Assembly (NCBI RefSeq): GCF_964355755.1
Contig: NC_092677.1
Span: 17,506,101-17,570,100, forward strand
Length of the DNA: 64,000 nucleotides
From: Antedon mediterranea
Taxonomy: Eukaryota > Animalia > Echinodermata
Direction of reading: 5' to 3'
Under the pieces are notes generated by a model, which had not been told where the DNA came from, did not search any database, and worked only from the letters and a program-made list of their open reading frames with translations. The position numbers and the translations under genes were made by a program. Below are positions 51,261 to 64,000 of the stretch, piece by piece (the first letter of the stretch is position 1; the number at the start of each line of letters is the position of its first letter).

Positions 51261-53591
51261 CAAAGTTTGTTGTTTCTCTTTGTTCTATGTGGAATACTGC
51301 GGCCTAATTTACAAAGTGTCATAAAAAACAATGTTAACTTAATTTTGTTGTAGTTTTTGTAATTTATTGATAATTTTGTACCTAAATTTGGCCCGCATAG
51401 CATTTGACTGACAACTCCTCTTAGTTCACTTGTCACTCGTTTATTGACATCAAAATCAAACTGTCTGAAATTGCAAAAGCATTTAAATTTACCACAAAAA
51501 AAAAAAAATCTAGAAAACAGAACATCTTGGGAGGACATTCCTTCCTGATCTTCTTCAGTGCTGTTAAGAACATTATAGGTGAAGAAATGGAAACATTAAC
51601 ATGGTTGAATGTATTGTCATCCCGGTTTTTGTAATTGCTAGTTGCCTCAACCAACGGTCGCTCAGCCCCCAGCTCTCAGATGGTACTGTCGCAGGAATTC
51701 GATGGGATGGGAGGGGGAGGGGGAGAGGCATTTTATAGCGGTGTCATGAAAACAGGCCCTTCAAATATACTATTTCTGATATGTTAAAGCACCAGGCTAA
51801 AAAATTCTCTGAGGTCCTTGGTTAATGGCGTCAGTAAAAAGTATGGATAGCTTCTTTGATGGGCTAAATGATTTCCTTTTGAGGCTCAGAGCAGATAGTA
51901 ATCTTTAAAATAAAAATATTTATGTTTAATAATTTTGTGGTATACTGTAACTGTGCTGGAGTGATAAAATTAGTTTTCATTAATATAAATAAATTCTAAT
52001 CAAATTATACAACTGATGGTAAATATACAGTCATAGAGTCTGATGTATCAATTGAACCGCCCGAACGACGATTATGAGTTATTATGTTACCGTTTAAACA
52101 ATGTTTTCAGGAATAGGCAATTCATGAAAAGTTCAAAAACAATTATTTACAAACCTTTAAAATCCGTGTTCGGTCTAAAACATAAAACTTCACCGCGCTA
52201 GAAACAATATGAATTTTTGTATCCATTGCCGTTGCGTATGTATTTATTCCTGGTATATTTAAGTCCTTGGCCTCTTCCACTGCGGTTTTTAGTTTGTCTA
52301 ATGTCGTTGCAGACTCGTTGCTCTATGCTTCTGGACTCTCTTTTTTGTTAACTCTCTGTACTTTTTTTTTTCAAGTCAAGATTGTCTCTGTAGTCTATTC
52401 AATGCATTTATATTTTTTGTCTGATAATAATAATTATTTCAAATTATATATCTTCATTAATTACTTCATTAGAACTAAAATAAATATAATGATAATCTTT
52501 ATAAGCTGTCTTTAATGATTATTAATTTACAAAATATGTTCTACCATTTTTAGTTAGTACCTCGCCAGCCTATGAACCAGTCCTGTTCATAGGCCATAGC
52601 AACAAACAACTGCCTCAGAAAATTGGCCAGGTTAAGGCATATGAATCCTACTGTATAATTCATTTCCTCTGTATACCAGGGAAAGTTCATAAAGAATTCC
52701 TGTGGTAAGAAGAGACAAACAGATAAGAAACTTTTAAGCTATGAACACAGTTTTTGCTTAAAATTGCAATATTGTATTTGTTTTAACCCCTTTTAACAAA
52801 TTCTGCAACACGCTGGAAGCCGCACCCTTGTCTGTGTTTCCCCTTGCCTCCTGGGAGTGGCCTCATTATTGCTGCCCTTAAAAGGCGGGTCAGGCGCCTC
52901 GATCAGAGCAGCTTGAGCTCTAAATACACATGCCAAGCTTATTGCCCATGCAATAGTTGGTGAAGATGTGTGCAGTAATTCTCATTCAAGAGGGCATCCT
53001 TATATTCTTTGTCTGCTAAAGCATGGTCCCATTTAATTTAAAACAAGTTTATTTACACGAAAGTGGCAATAGGTCAGGAGAAGCTACCTGCATTTTTGCA
53101 CAAGTTTGTTCATGGCCATTGTTTATTGTGTGCATTTGGAGTTATAAAATTGAGTTATCCACCTAGTGCGGAACCAGTTCATCATCCTAACTATACAAAA
53201 TCACTTCAAAGATCTTCCTGAAGCTGTATGATTCAATTTCGGTAGCCAGTATCCTTTTCAGTGTCATCCAAAAAATAAGGGAGAAAAGTTGGAAATGTTT
53301 GCATCCCATACCTCATATGGATGCATTGGTGCCTTGAATTTGACATGAATGTACAGGTATTTTCTTTTAGCACTGGATATAGTCCAGCCTCTAATGGCCA
53401 GAGCTAACTTTTCTGCATCTTTGATGGCTTCTTGTATTTCAAATTAATGTTGAATTTATGCCAAGCACCTCTCTCATCTCACCTGATTCCCTTATAATGC
53501 CAATTGCTCTTTTTCTTTCACAGAACTTTTAATGGCAAATGTTTTTCTTTTCTTGTTTTTTCTTTATTATTATATATTATATTGGCCTAGA

Positions 53592-54033
53592 CTAAACAGT
53601 ACCTGATTGTCTGTCGTTGATTGTAGCTGGCCTAGGTCTAGGCATTGGCCGCCGATTGCCAGCCATCCCAACCTCATTTGGTGCAAACGAGTCTCTAATA
53701 GAAACTAGGGCTGGATTGATACTGGGACGCCTACCTAGTATAGCATTCAATACAGCATAATGTTTGAAGTCTATTTCTTCCGTCCCAGCACCTGATTTGT
53801 TTGATTTGTCTTTAGCTGCCTTGAATGCAGCTTGCAGACATTTTATTTTGGTCTGGACATAATGTCCTTCTTTTTGGCTATGACCAAGATTTTGGAGTTT
53901 CAACGCAATTTCCTTGAAAACAGCCATCTTGTTGCCGACGCTAGCTTTCCAGTTTTTTTATTTCAAGCCTGTCTATATATTCAGGTCTGCCCCATAATGC
54001 AATCAAATCAACCACTTCTGTACTCTTCCATGT
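53592..54033 (-). pseudogene. Myb/SANT-like (trihelix) Harbinger accessory gene, frameshifted
   Basis: LIALWAD..I, then AVFKEIALKLQNLGH...VQTKIKCL...KDKSNKSGAG...FKHYAVLNAILGRRPS. Confidence 0.7.
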
Positions 54034-54344
54034 AACATGTTTAGTTTTGTTATTTTCGAATATTGCTGTTGATTGTAAAAAACTGGCCATGCTAGCTCGA
54101 GAAACCGCGCGAATAGACTGGCTGCTGATTGCGGTCGTGTCTTTTCATTGGCTGACGTTGACTGGAGGTTGAAATCACTGATGCATCAATGAATGAGCGT
54201 TATGAAATCTACCCTCTTCCGCTAGGGTTATTAACGCCACTGGCGCGGAGTAACAGCTCCCTAACGCTAATCTGCAGCCTGGTTCAGACAAAAAAGTATG
54301 TAGCTGCTTACATAACTCTACCTTAATGCCGTGAGTCTGAACAT

Positions 54345-55705
54345 ACCCATAGAAACAGTAGATTTATCAACAGCTGTAGGTAAATCATTCACATAGAGGA
54401 GAAAAAGCAAGGGTCCCAATATAGACCCCTGTGGGATCCCACATATACTGTGACATTCATCAGAACTTTTGCACTTGTGGCATTAGAGAAATTGCGTTAA
54501 ACTGGTTTGAAAGTTATTTAGTAAACCGTAAACAATATGTTGCGTTATAGGCTCATTTAAATCATCAGTGGAGGCTGTGAATTGGGTCGGTTTTAGGACC
54601 ACTACTATTTTTAATTTACGTAAATGATCTTTCTAGATCAAGTGACACTCTGAAAGTCATATCCTTTGCTGATGATACTACGATTTTGTATTCTCATTCT
54701 GATATCAATGTCTTATATAAAACCGTCAACACTGAACTAAATCAAATGACTGACTGGTCAAAAACCTATCTTGTTATACTAAAAAATTAATTGATATTGC
54801 TAAAAATTTTCATCTAACTCAATTAATAACTGAGCCAACGAGAATCACAGAAAATAGTAGTACTTTAATAGACCATATTTACACAACAGTTCCTAATAGT
54901 ATCTCCAAATCAGGTGTTTTACATACAGGTATCAGTGACCATTCTGCTATCTATGTAATTGTTGGTAAACAAGAAAAGTGTAAAGCTCATAAGCATAAAT
55001 ATAAAACAAGTAGAAACTACAAACATTTTAATGAAAATGAATTTAAAAGGGATATTGAAAAAATAAACTGGCAAGAAATTCAACATTATAATGATATTGA
55101 TGACGCTACATATTTTTTCGAATCTAATTTTCTTAAAATTGCTAATGATTATGCCCCGCTAAAAAAGAAGAGGGTGCGAAACAAAACTAGTCCTTGGCTA
55201 ACAGATGATCTAGTTAGGTCTATTCGTAAGCGTGATGTACTAAAAAAGAAAGCATCTAAAACTAATACACCTGAAATGTGGGCTCAATACAAACTAAGTA
55301 AAAATAAGGTAAATGCTGAAATAAAGAAATGTAAAAAAGAATATTTTTCTAAACAATTAGATACAAAAGATTAAAGAAAATATGGGAAACTTTAAGATAT
55401 ATTGTCCCAGCAAAGAGTATAAACACTGAAATATCAAACTTAAAAACAAATGATAACAAACTAACAGCAGACTCTTCTAAAATAGCCAACAATTTAAACA
55501 AATATTTTTCTAAAATAGGACCTGACCTTGCAAAAAACATCCCACCAGAAATTCCTAGATTACTTATTGTAAATAATACTAATCAAAGTAGGGACCTACT
55601 TAAATTTAGTTTTGTTAATCAGGAATATATTTATAAACAATTAAACGCACTCGATGTTAGTAAAGCGACAGGCTTAGATGAGCTTCCAGCTAAAATGTTT
55701 ACCAT
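54345..55705 (+). mobile_element. Rearranged CR1/L2-type LINE fragments (short minus-strand piece 54345-54460)
   Basis: LNWFESYLVNRKQYV, GSVLGPLLFLIYVNDL, FADDT; then QLITEPTRITENSSTLIDHIY, ISDHSAI, PWLT, KATGLD. Confidence 0.85.
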
Positions 55706-56119
55706 TGTATACCCACTCTAAAAGGTCAAACTGACGGTGACCTCGCGAGCGCGAAACGTGTCTATTATTAACCGACGGTCGCGTGCCTAATATATTGCTT
55801 ACTGCACATGCGCAACAACCTTAGCATCTTGGCATGATTTCATATTTATGCTAGCTGCTATCCTAGTAAACCCAATGGGTTATCCGACATTTTATCTTAA
55901 GTTTAGATCATGATCTATATACTCAGCTTTGTCTACTTCTTGTATCTTGTGAAAACAATAATGTGGATCAGATATATAGCAGTTTTGGTTCGATTAGGCT
56001 CGGTGATTAGCTGTGATGTAGATGACGCAACCACTAGCCAATCAATCACCAGGCACTATAATTTAAATATAATCACATCGATAATAGGGAGATTCATGAA
56101 GAAACCCTGCTTAGCCATA

Positions 56120-56243
56120 ATTAACAAGGTCATATACATGGCTGCAGTCGCGTGCTCAAGTTAGTGTTTACCGACCAACCGACCAACCAACCGACCGACT
56201 GACATAGTGAGCTGTAGAATCACGTTGCACGCGACTAAAAACA
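56120..56243 (-). repeat. Helentron/DINE-1-like non-autonomous element end (related copies at 41457-41675)
   Basis: tttttagtcgcgtgcaacgtgat...(gtcg/gttg)n microsatellite pattern. Confidence 0.4.
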
Positions 56244-58317
56244 CGTTTGTTGTACTGCATACCACAGCACACGGTAACGACATACATGGTCAAATACATA
56301 ATTTAATATTCTATAGATTAACGCAATTGGTAATTTCAGTAGGTTGCATGACAATATGATGATTCAAATATAAAAATTGCATATTTTATTAATATTACCA
56401 ACTACTTACAATTACGGTCGTAAGAAAGTGAACTTAGTAGTCCGATTGTGATGAAATTAAAACAAATTGTTCAGCAATATCTTGTTGTTGTCAATCATCG
56501 ACGCAGACATGTCAATAGAACAATCTATACTGCGCATACGATTTCTACATGGGTATATTTGTTGTCAAGAAATGTAACAGTTGATTCGCAGCGTTCTATA
56601 GAGGACCGCAGTTAGAGACACGCAGTTCAAAGCAAAGATCGTATAGCGCCACGTAGTTTCGTGGCGCTATAGTATCTTTGGTTCAAAGAGCGTGTTTGTT
56701 TGATTGGCAGCAGTGCTTTAGTATAGTCAAGCCCGTAGGAAAATCGTTTTATTCCACCGTCGATACGTATCCTTCTATTCATTAATTTATGATATCACTA
56801 AGCGGTTTCAAGTTACTATAATTATGTCTGTCAAATTTATATAACTATACAGTTGTACCAATCTACGACGGGTCGGTATTGATACGTAGGTCTACAGATT
56901 TCACATGTAAATATGCATTGAAGAGTTTATGTTCAATTGGTACGTAAAGAATTACAATTTAAAATGTTAAAGTTTATCCTGTCATCCCATCTTTAGCATT
57001 TTAACAGAAGCAAAACTCTTGAATATAGTAAAGTATTTTTTTATCTATAAAACTATCATTAAAATACATATACTTGGATTAACAAAACTAAACAAGAAAA
57101 ACACCAACATCAAAAATAAGATCAAACATTAAATGTTCACATTTTTAAACTACTATTTTTTTTCTTATGTTTAGAGCAAAGCACATGCACGTTCAGAGCC
57201 AAACACCTAAACATTGAAGTACTCCTCATGTAACAGCCTGTAGTGCATTGCAACTATTTATATTATGCTTTGCATCAAGCACTTTTTTTGCCTACATAAA
57301 ACTGGTTAAAATAAGTGAGGTTCAATTCATATCAATAACATATGTTAAAATACACAATAATTGATTATCAATATAGTTGGAAAACCTTAATATTTTATAA
57401 CTAGAAGAACCCGTGCTCCGCAAGGTATTTTTATGCCTTTGCATGGGCAAGTATAATAAAAACGCACTCTGATAAATGTACTTTGACAATTTTTTGTAGT
57501 TTTGTAATTACATTGTGGTCTAGTTTTGATACTTAATAATTACACATGTCGCGGATTCGAACGTACTGAACATTAATATAAATGGCCGTGATTAAGATAA
57601 TTATTCTGTTCAAAGAATAAGTGTAATTAATTAAAACTTCGCACGGTTATATACTTTACATGGGCAAGTATATCAAAAGCGCACTCTGATAAAATTACTT
57701 TGACAAATAAAACCAAATTGTATCAAGCATAACATTCAGAACTACTGTATTTACGGCGGCCATTGATTGTTATACACTATCCCTTCACTTTGAAATATAT
57801 GTAGACTAAAAAATGAAAGTAATACTGGATATGGAACTTTATACTTTACTTTTGACTGATCAGACTTTGCGAAAATAAAAGACGCTAAAGAAAAATTGTG
57901 CTGTGTGAATTAGATGATGCGCGCAGACACTAAAGTATGAAAGCATAAGTGCCAAACTATATTATTATTATTTTTTCGCATAATATTAGTTATTTGATAC
58001 ATACAGATAACATAAAAAAGTTTAACATAAATCGATTAGAATTGTTAGGTTGGTTTTTTTTTTAATATGAATATGAAATAAATTATAGAATAATAAAACT
58101 ACAGCTGCTTACGCACACAAAAATTGTCCGAAATTAATGCACTCCGACTTTTTTTTGGCTGTTGATATTTTGTCGAAACAGGACACCCATTTGGATTCAT
58201 TTTATTTGTGTTTGTGTATGTATTCGACAGAAGTTGGCTTGTACATGTAAAATTAAATTAAATTAATTTCTCTTGTGACTGCGAGAATATCATACAAAAA
58301 TTAATACTGTATTTTAA

Positions 58318-58488
<171 letters not shown>

Positions 58489-59448
58489 TAACCTGCCAAT
58501 TACAGGATGGATAAACTATTTAAAATTTCACAAGACAAACATATACACAAGATGCTCTACATAAACAAAGACTTAGTATTATGGGCACAGACAAGATGAA
58601 AGAAGCAGCAACTTCCTGTGGTAAGTATTGACAAAATACCAAGTAGGGGACACTCTTAGGATCCAACAAAGTGTCTCTTTTAATGGGGGTGTCCCCTGAA
58701 AAAATGTTATAGTGTTAAAACCCCTTATACGTTTTTAGGAAAAGTGTACCCACTTGAATAGGGGTGTCCCTTAGGAGAGTATTGATAACAATGTTAATGG
58801 TAGTCAGTGTTTATAGTAATAACAGTGTCATAGAAGTCTTTTGCTTGTAGTTTGGTTATTTCTATTGAGATAATACAGTACAATGGTTAGGGGTTTTTGT
58901 TATTAGTTTCGATAGGATTTCAAAAATAAAAGAAACTGAATTGAATAACCCATATAAAAATAATAATCATTTTACAGTAGGCCTATTAGACATTACCAAT
59001 TCTTAATTTTGATTCATACAAATTTCAATTTAATTAAAATAACTTACTCTTTTTTTTTTTTTTTTCTTGGTTCTGCATGTCTTATCGTTTGGGTAGAAAC
59101 CATTTGGGGCATATGGCATACAACATAATTCTCTGTCTGATGAGTAAAATAGAAAGGAATGTCAATAATGTTTGGGTTTAATTAAATCTCCTCTCCCATC
59201 TCACCTGACGTTATTATTTACACTATTTAAATATACCCAATCGAATATATGAAATGACATTTGATTAGTGTATGTACAGTATTCTTTAATGTCACTTAAG
59301 TCTAAGACAACAGTAGTTTGCTTAGGCTGTCTGGCCTTTCTTCCACCTTCTTTATCTAATAATAATAATAATAAACAGTATTTATATAGCGCCTAATGGA
59401 TCACTGACCCCTCTAGGTGCTTTACATAGGACCTTAACTAATGGTAAT

Positions 59449-59712
59449 AAACTATCCCCCGCCGGACACCATTCCGGTATTTCTTAGTCGAGGTTTCGGG
59501 GATGGAGATAATCAATAATGTGAGAAAAAAAATGTAACAAAGCTTAACTATGCTTAACTATGCTTAACTAAGGTAAAACTATCCCCCGCCGGACACCATC
59601 CCGGTATTTCTGAGTCAAGGTTTTGGGGCCAGAATTAACAATAGAGAGTAAATGAAGCATGCACAACTTAAGCTAGGGTTAAACTATCCCCCGCCGGACA
59701 CCATCCCGGTAT
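59449..59712 (+). repeat. Three spaced copies of a 31-bp motif
   Basis: aactatcccccgccggacaccat(t/c)ccggtat at ~59450, 59577, 59682. Confidence 0.8.
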
Positions 59713-59944
59713 CTAGAGTTGTAAAGATATGTTTTGACAGCTGCAATTACTTCCTCATTTGTGGAATCCTTTGAATTTGGGTTTTTTCGAACCCCTCCTT
59801 TAAAAAAAAAAGGAGGACAAATCAAATTGTGTTAAAAGATTTCTACCTTGTTTTTCCCAACAGAGATCAAACTGGTACCCACTGCCATTCGAACCTACGG
59901 TTAGAAAAAAAGGCAGATTTGGTACTTTATTTTTATATATATAT

Positions 59945-60955
59945 ATTTTTTTTAATTTATTTCCTTTATTGCATCAAGTAAGCAGTGATGAAGTTGACAT
60001 AAATATAATAGTAAATATGTAAACACATAGTATAACACAGTCCAAACAAGTGTATACTAAAATATATCATAGTCCACAAATCAGTCTTTCAATGGCCATC
60101 ACAGTACATCCAGTAACACAAACCAATAGAGGTTCACAATTTACTTATCATAACTCAGTTACTGATCATTCACCAATCATTGAAAACTCCGTGGAAAGTA
60201 ATGAAGTTTTTTGTGCGTTGTGTCCGGACTTTGGGGAGGGTGAACGATCTAACGCGTTGGAGCTGATGGTTGTGTGTGGGAGGTTTAGGTAAGAGAGAGT
60301 GTAATATATGATCTTCTTTTTTCATTTTATCAAAGAATTTTCTTGACAACTTCTCGCGGTGTTCAGATAGAGTGATGATGTTAAGGTATCTGCGGGTATC
60401 AGCATACAAGGTACCATCAGGGCATATTATGTTACACGCTCTTCTTTGGACATGTTCGATTTGGTCAGATTGTGCTTTGGATAAACTCGGGGACCAAACA
60501 GCACAGGCATATTCAAGAACTGGTCGTATCACTGCTTGATAGTATCGGAGCAGTTCCAGTCTATCTAGGCCAGACCTCTTGAGTTGCTTAAGAAAAAACA
60601 ACCTTGGTACAACGCGCTTGGTTAAACAGTCAACATGCGTCTGCCACGGCAATTTACGGTCAAGATTGACACCTAGTAACTTTGCATGTTCAACACACTT
60701 GACTTCAGATCCATTCACAGTGATTGGGTCAAACTCAGTTGGTGTTCTCTTACATGTAATGCGCAGTTCAACCGATTTTTTTCTCATTCAGTTTCATACT
60801 ATCTTGAATTTTGCACTCGGAGTTCTTATTATATCTTTGGTAAAAGGTGGTATCGTCCATATATTTCATAAGCGGCAGATCGACCTGGAGGTCATCAATG
60901 AAGGCAACAAACAGGATTGGACCAAGCCATGATCCTTGTGGGATTCCTCCATTTG
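59945..60955 (-). mobile_element. 5'-truncated LINE (RT C-terminal half, 3' UTR, A-rich tail)
   Basis: GIPQGSWLGPILF, KYMDDTT, KLLGVNLD, LFFLKQLK, IRPVLEYACAVWSP; AATAAA and A-rich end near 59945-59970. Confidence 0.9.
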
Positions 60956-61489
60956 GTTTTAACACCAAATGTTGGTCAGTCAGTTAATTCTTGCTGAGAA
61001 TATAGGTTCTGTTTTAGCCCTAAATCTCCCACAGGCCTTTTGGGTAGATAGAGCTAAATATTATATGTTTGGAGTTCATCTCCTGTAGTAGAAATCTGAA
61101 CAAAGTGTTGATGTAATTTGTTTAGGTGTAAGTACTGATGTATATTTGCATATGACCTTCACCGATTATTTGTACCATAACACAAATAGATTCAGATTGA
61201 AACGTAGGCCTAGGGATGGTAGGCTAGGCTAGGATACCTAATTTGTCTATAGAAGATACAGTATTTAACGCTATATCTAGCCTACTGACTACATATTATT
61301 TGATTTTGTGTTTTGGTAATTTCATTGTAGCAACATTGTTTTTTTGCTTTTACTTTTTAATTATGTGACCCAAATTCATCCTATCCAATCAAATGACAAG
61401 AATCCACAATTGTGCTTGATGTACCTCAATTTTTGGTTGTTGAAGCTACATCAGATATTAGGATTGACACGGTTTTGATTGACCTAGAC

Positions 61490-63920
61490 AATATTAAAAT
61501 CTCGGAGAAAAAGGAATACAGACAAGCGTGATGCGCTCCATTTAATGTGATGAGCAATAAACGAAAGAGACAAAAATCATATATTTTACATTCGTGTGGC
61601 CATAAGATGATGTCACAATGTCCGGTTAGCCATATTGATTAATGATCCGATATCTACAACTCATCACCTTCCAGAATATGTAAGTAAAAAAAAGTTTACC
61701 TCGTAGTTCAGAATCTATGATTGTTTTAAAAAAGGCATAATTTTGACGAATTGTTTTAAAATTTGATACAATTACTATAAAAGGCTGGAAAGACATAATT
61801 CACGCAAAAAAAGATGTTTTTAGCGCTACGTGCGGACCACGCGCGTAAAATTGTTCGCGCGCGTGGGAATTTTTGACATGCTCAAAATGTCATGATCAGC
61901 GTAGAAAGTTGATTAGAAATTAATTTTGCGCAATTTAAATTTTAAATGCGCGTGCGCGCGTAACTTCGTTTAAAAAATGCCATTTTTAGTGCACAAAAAT
62001 TTAGCGCAAGATATAAATTAAACTTTTGCTAAGTTTCAACTTACATAGTTATATGGTTTTCAATCTATGTTGAATACGGGAAATTCATAAAATCACACGT
62101 AAGTCACGTTACGCATTTCTGACGTCATTCACAATAGTAGGTGCACAACTTCACGTCAATGCCCATATGTTGACAAAGTTATGAAATGTTATGTTTACAC
62201 ATTTTTGATATAAGCGAGACACAAAAATAGAGGAGAAATGCGTGTGCGCGCGTAACGTCTTGTAAAACATGGCATTTTTAATCCACAAAAAGTTGATATG
62301 ATCAATCATAAAAAATCATAAAATCGCACGTAAGTCACGTTGCGAAACTCTGACGTCATTCAAAATAGGAGGTGCACAACTAGAAAGAAAGAAGAATAAT
62401 ACTAGACATGAAACTCGTCACTTTGACGAGTTAGTTATCCGCACGACAAACGCCACGTGCACGTCATACGTTGGAATATTGCACACAGAAAAAGATTATG
62501 GCATTATGACCTGAAAAATATGATATGTTGTTAGTGCTGAATTCTGTCAATTTTGTGTCATATTATACAGTATAAACAGTATAATATGTATACATATTAC
62601 ATACAGTGCAGAATAGGTGAAATTATGGGACCCGCCATTTATTCATATTTTTAACATGGCTACGGTATCAAAATTAAACTCTAAGATAGCAATTTCGGAA
62701 GGAAATTATCTCAGCAACAACATATTAACATGTAGAAGGAATTTGAATACGTAAAATATAGATGCGCGCTCTTTTAAATGTGATAAACTATGACGCAAAA
62801 GGTGGAAATACGACATTTTTTAGTTAACTGGCCATATGATGACGTCATAACATCTGATTAGCAAAATTTTCACATGAATTCGTATCTACAATCCAATAGC
62901 TTCCAGAAAACGTTTTAATCATGATTATCACTTTTTATTCTTACGAGCTATAACAGATTGAAATTTACTGTAAAGATGAAAATAAGTGACCCACGTTATT
63001 TACATTTTTAGACATGATGACGTTATAAAAATTTAAATATTTTTAACTCATTGGAAAGATAGTTGATTGACCTAGACAGTATTAAAATCTTGCAGAAAAT
63101 GGAATACGGATAAGCGTGATGCGCTCCATTGAATGTGATGAGCAATAACGAAGAGAAAAAATTCCTATATTTTGCATTCGTGTGGCCATACGATGACGTC
63201 ACAATGTCCGGTTAGCCATATTGATCCATCATCCGATATCTAAAACTCATTAACTTCCAGAATATGTAATTTAAAAAAAAGTTCACCTCATAGTTTAAAA
63301 TGGTAAAATTACTCTAGAAGGCTGGAAAAACATAATTCATACGAAAAAAAGATGTTTTTCACGGTACGTGGCAACCGCGCGCGTAAAAAAATGCGCGCAC
63401 GTGGGAATTTTTGACATGCTCAAAATGTCATGAAACGCGTAGAAAGTTGATTAGAAATTGATTTTTCGCATTTTGAAATTTTAAACACGTGTGCGCGCGT
63501 AACTTCGTGTGAAACATGCCATTTTTTCCCCACAGTCAGTTAGCGCAAGATATAAATTACACTTTTGTTAAGTTTCAATTTAAATTGCTATATGGTTTTC
63601 GATCTATGTTAAATACGCGAAATTCGTTAAAACGCGCGTAAATCACGTTGCGCAATTTTGACGTCATTCACAATAGGAGGTGCACAATTTCACGTGAATG
63701 CCCACATGTTGACAAAGTTATAAAATGTTTTGTTTACAAGTTCTTGAGATACGCGAGACACAAAATTGACAGAAAGAAAGAATAATACAGAAAAAAAAAA
63801 AAAAGATGATTTCATACAGTTACAAGGAGTTATCCGCTACTAAGCGGATAACTAATAAAGAAAAGAAAAAAAGATCCAGGACGATTACAAGGAGTTATCC
63901 GCTACTAAGCGGATAACTAA
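61490..63920 (+). repeat. Non-coding complex repeat family, two diverged ~1.6-kb-spaced units (related pieces at ~33780-34040 and 41255-41450)
   Basis: 61523-62230 aligns with 63111-63770 (aagcgtgatgcgctcca..., gtgggaatttttgacatgctcaaaatgtcatga, tgacgtcattcacaatag). Confidence 0.8.
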
Positions 63921-64000
63921 TAAGAGATGAAAGATAAAAAATGTTTTCAATACTAATATTCTGTAATACTGAAAAACATTAAATATAGTACAGTAGTATA

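Larger units (their letters stand above)
45702..52764 (+). repeat. Segmental duplication copy B (paralog of 6831-14882)
   Basis: Same blocks in the same order and orientation as copy A, with different indels. Confidence 0.92.

Noticed and set aside
59449-59712. Three 31-bp repeats with different intervening sequence (CRISPR-like)
   Set aside because: Only three copies, irregular ~75-95 bp gaps, and similarity extends beyond the core; better explained as a degenerate tandem repeat.

Overview
AT-rich, intron-containing animal DNA, probably a marine invertebrate (taxon not determinable from the sequence), that is almost entirely transposon-derived. The left edge holds two coding exons of a TRPC-like ankyrin channel gene on the minus strand, with an in-frame TGA in the second. 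The centrepiece is a young Ty1/Copia LTR element (16089-25004; 327-bp LTRs with 1 mismatch; GATGG TSD; GGTTATGGGCCCAG PBS). Its protease-integrase region is replaced by about 5.8 kb of a Polinton/Maverick end: an AGTAGTAG terminus, subterminal repeats, a small spliced gene and an intron-containing pPolB that is fused in frame to the Copia RT. Next to it is an apparently intact Kolobok transposon (10-exon THAP-DDE transposase plus a 3-exon P2X7-ballast-like KolX gene, overlapping tail to tail), nested in a TA-flanked TIR element. The rest of about 2.8-54 kb is a patchwork of short fragments (hAT, Harbinger, MULE, RAG1/Transib-like, Ginger-like, HECT, OTU, kinase, BEN, Myb). These lie essentially all on the minus strand, as in a unistrand piRNA cluster. 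The patchwork includes a ~7-8 kb internal duplication whose two copies have expanded different minisatellites. LINE remnants and a non-coding repeat family fill 54-64 kb. Family assignments come from motif recognition by eye; no database searches were run.
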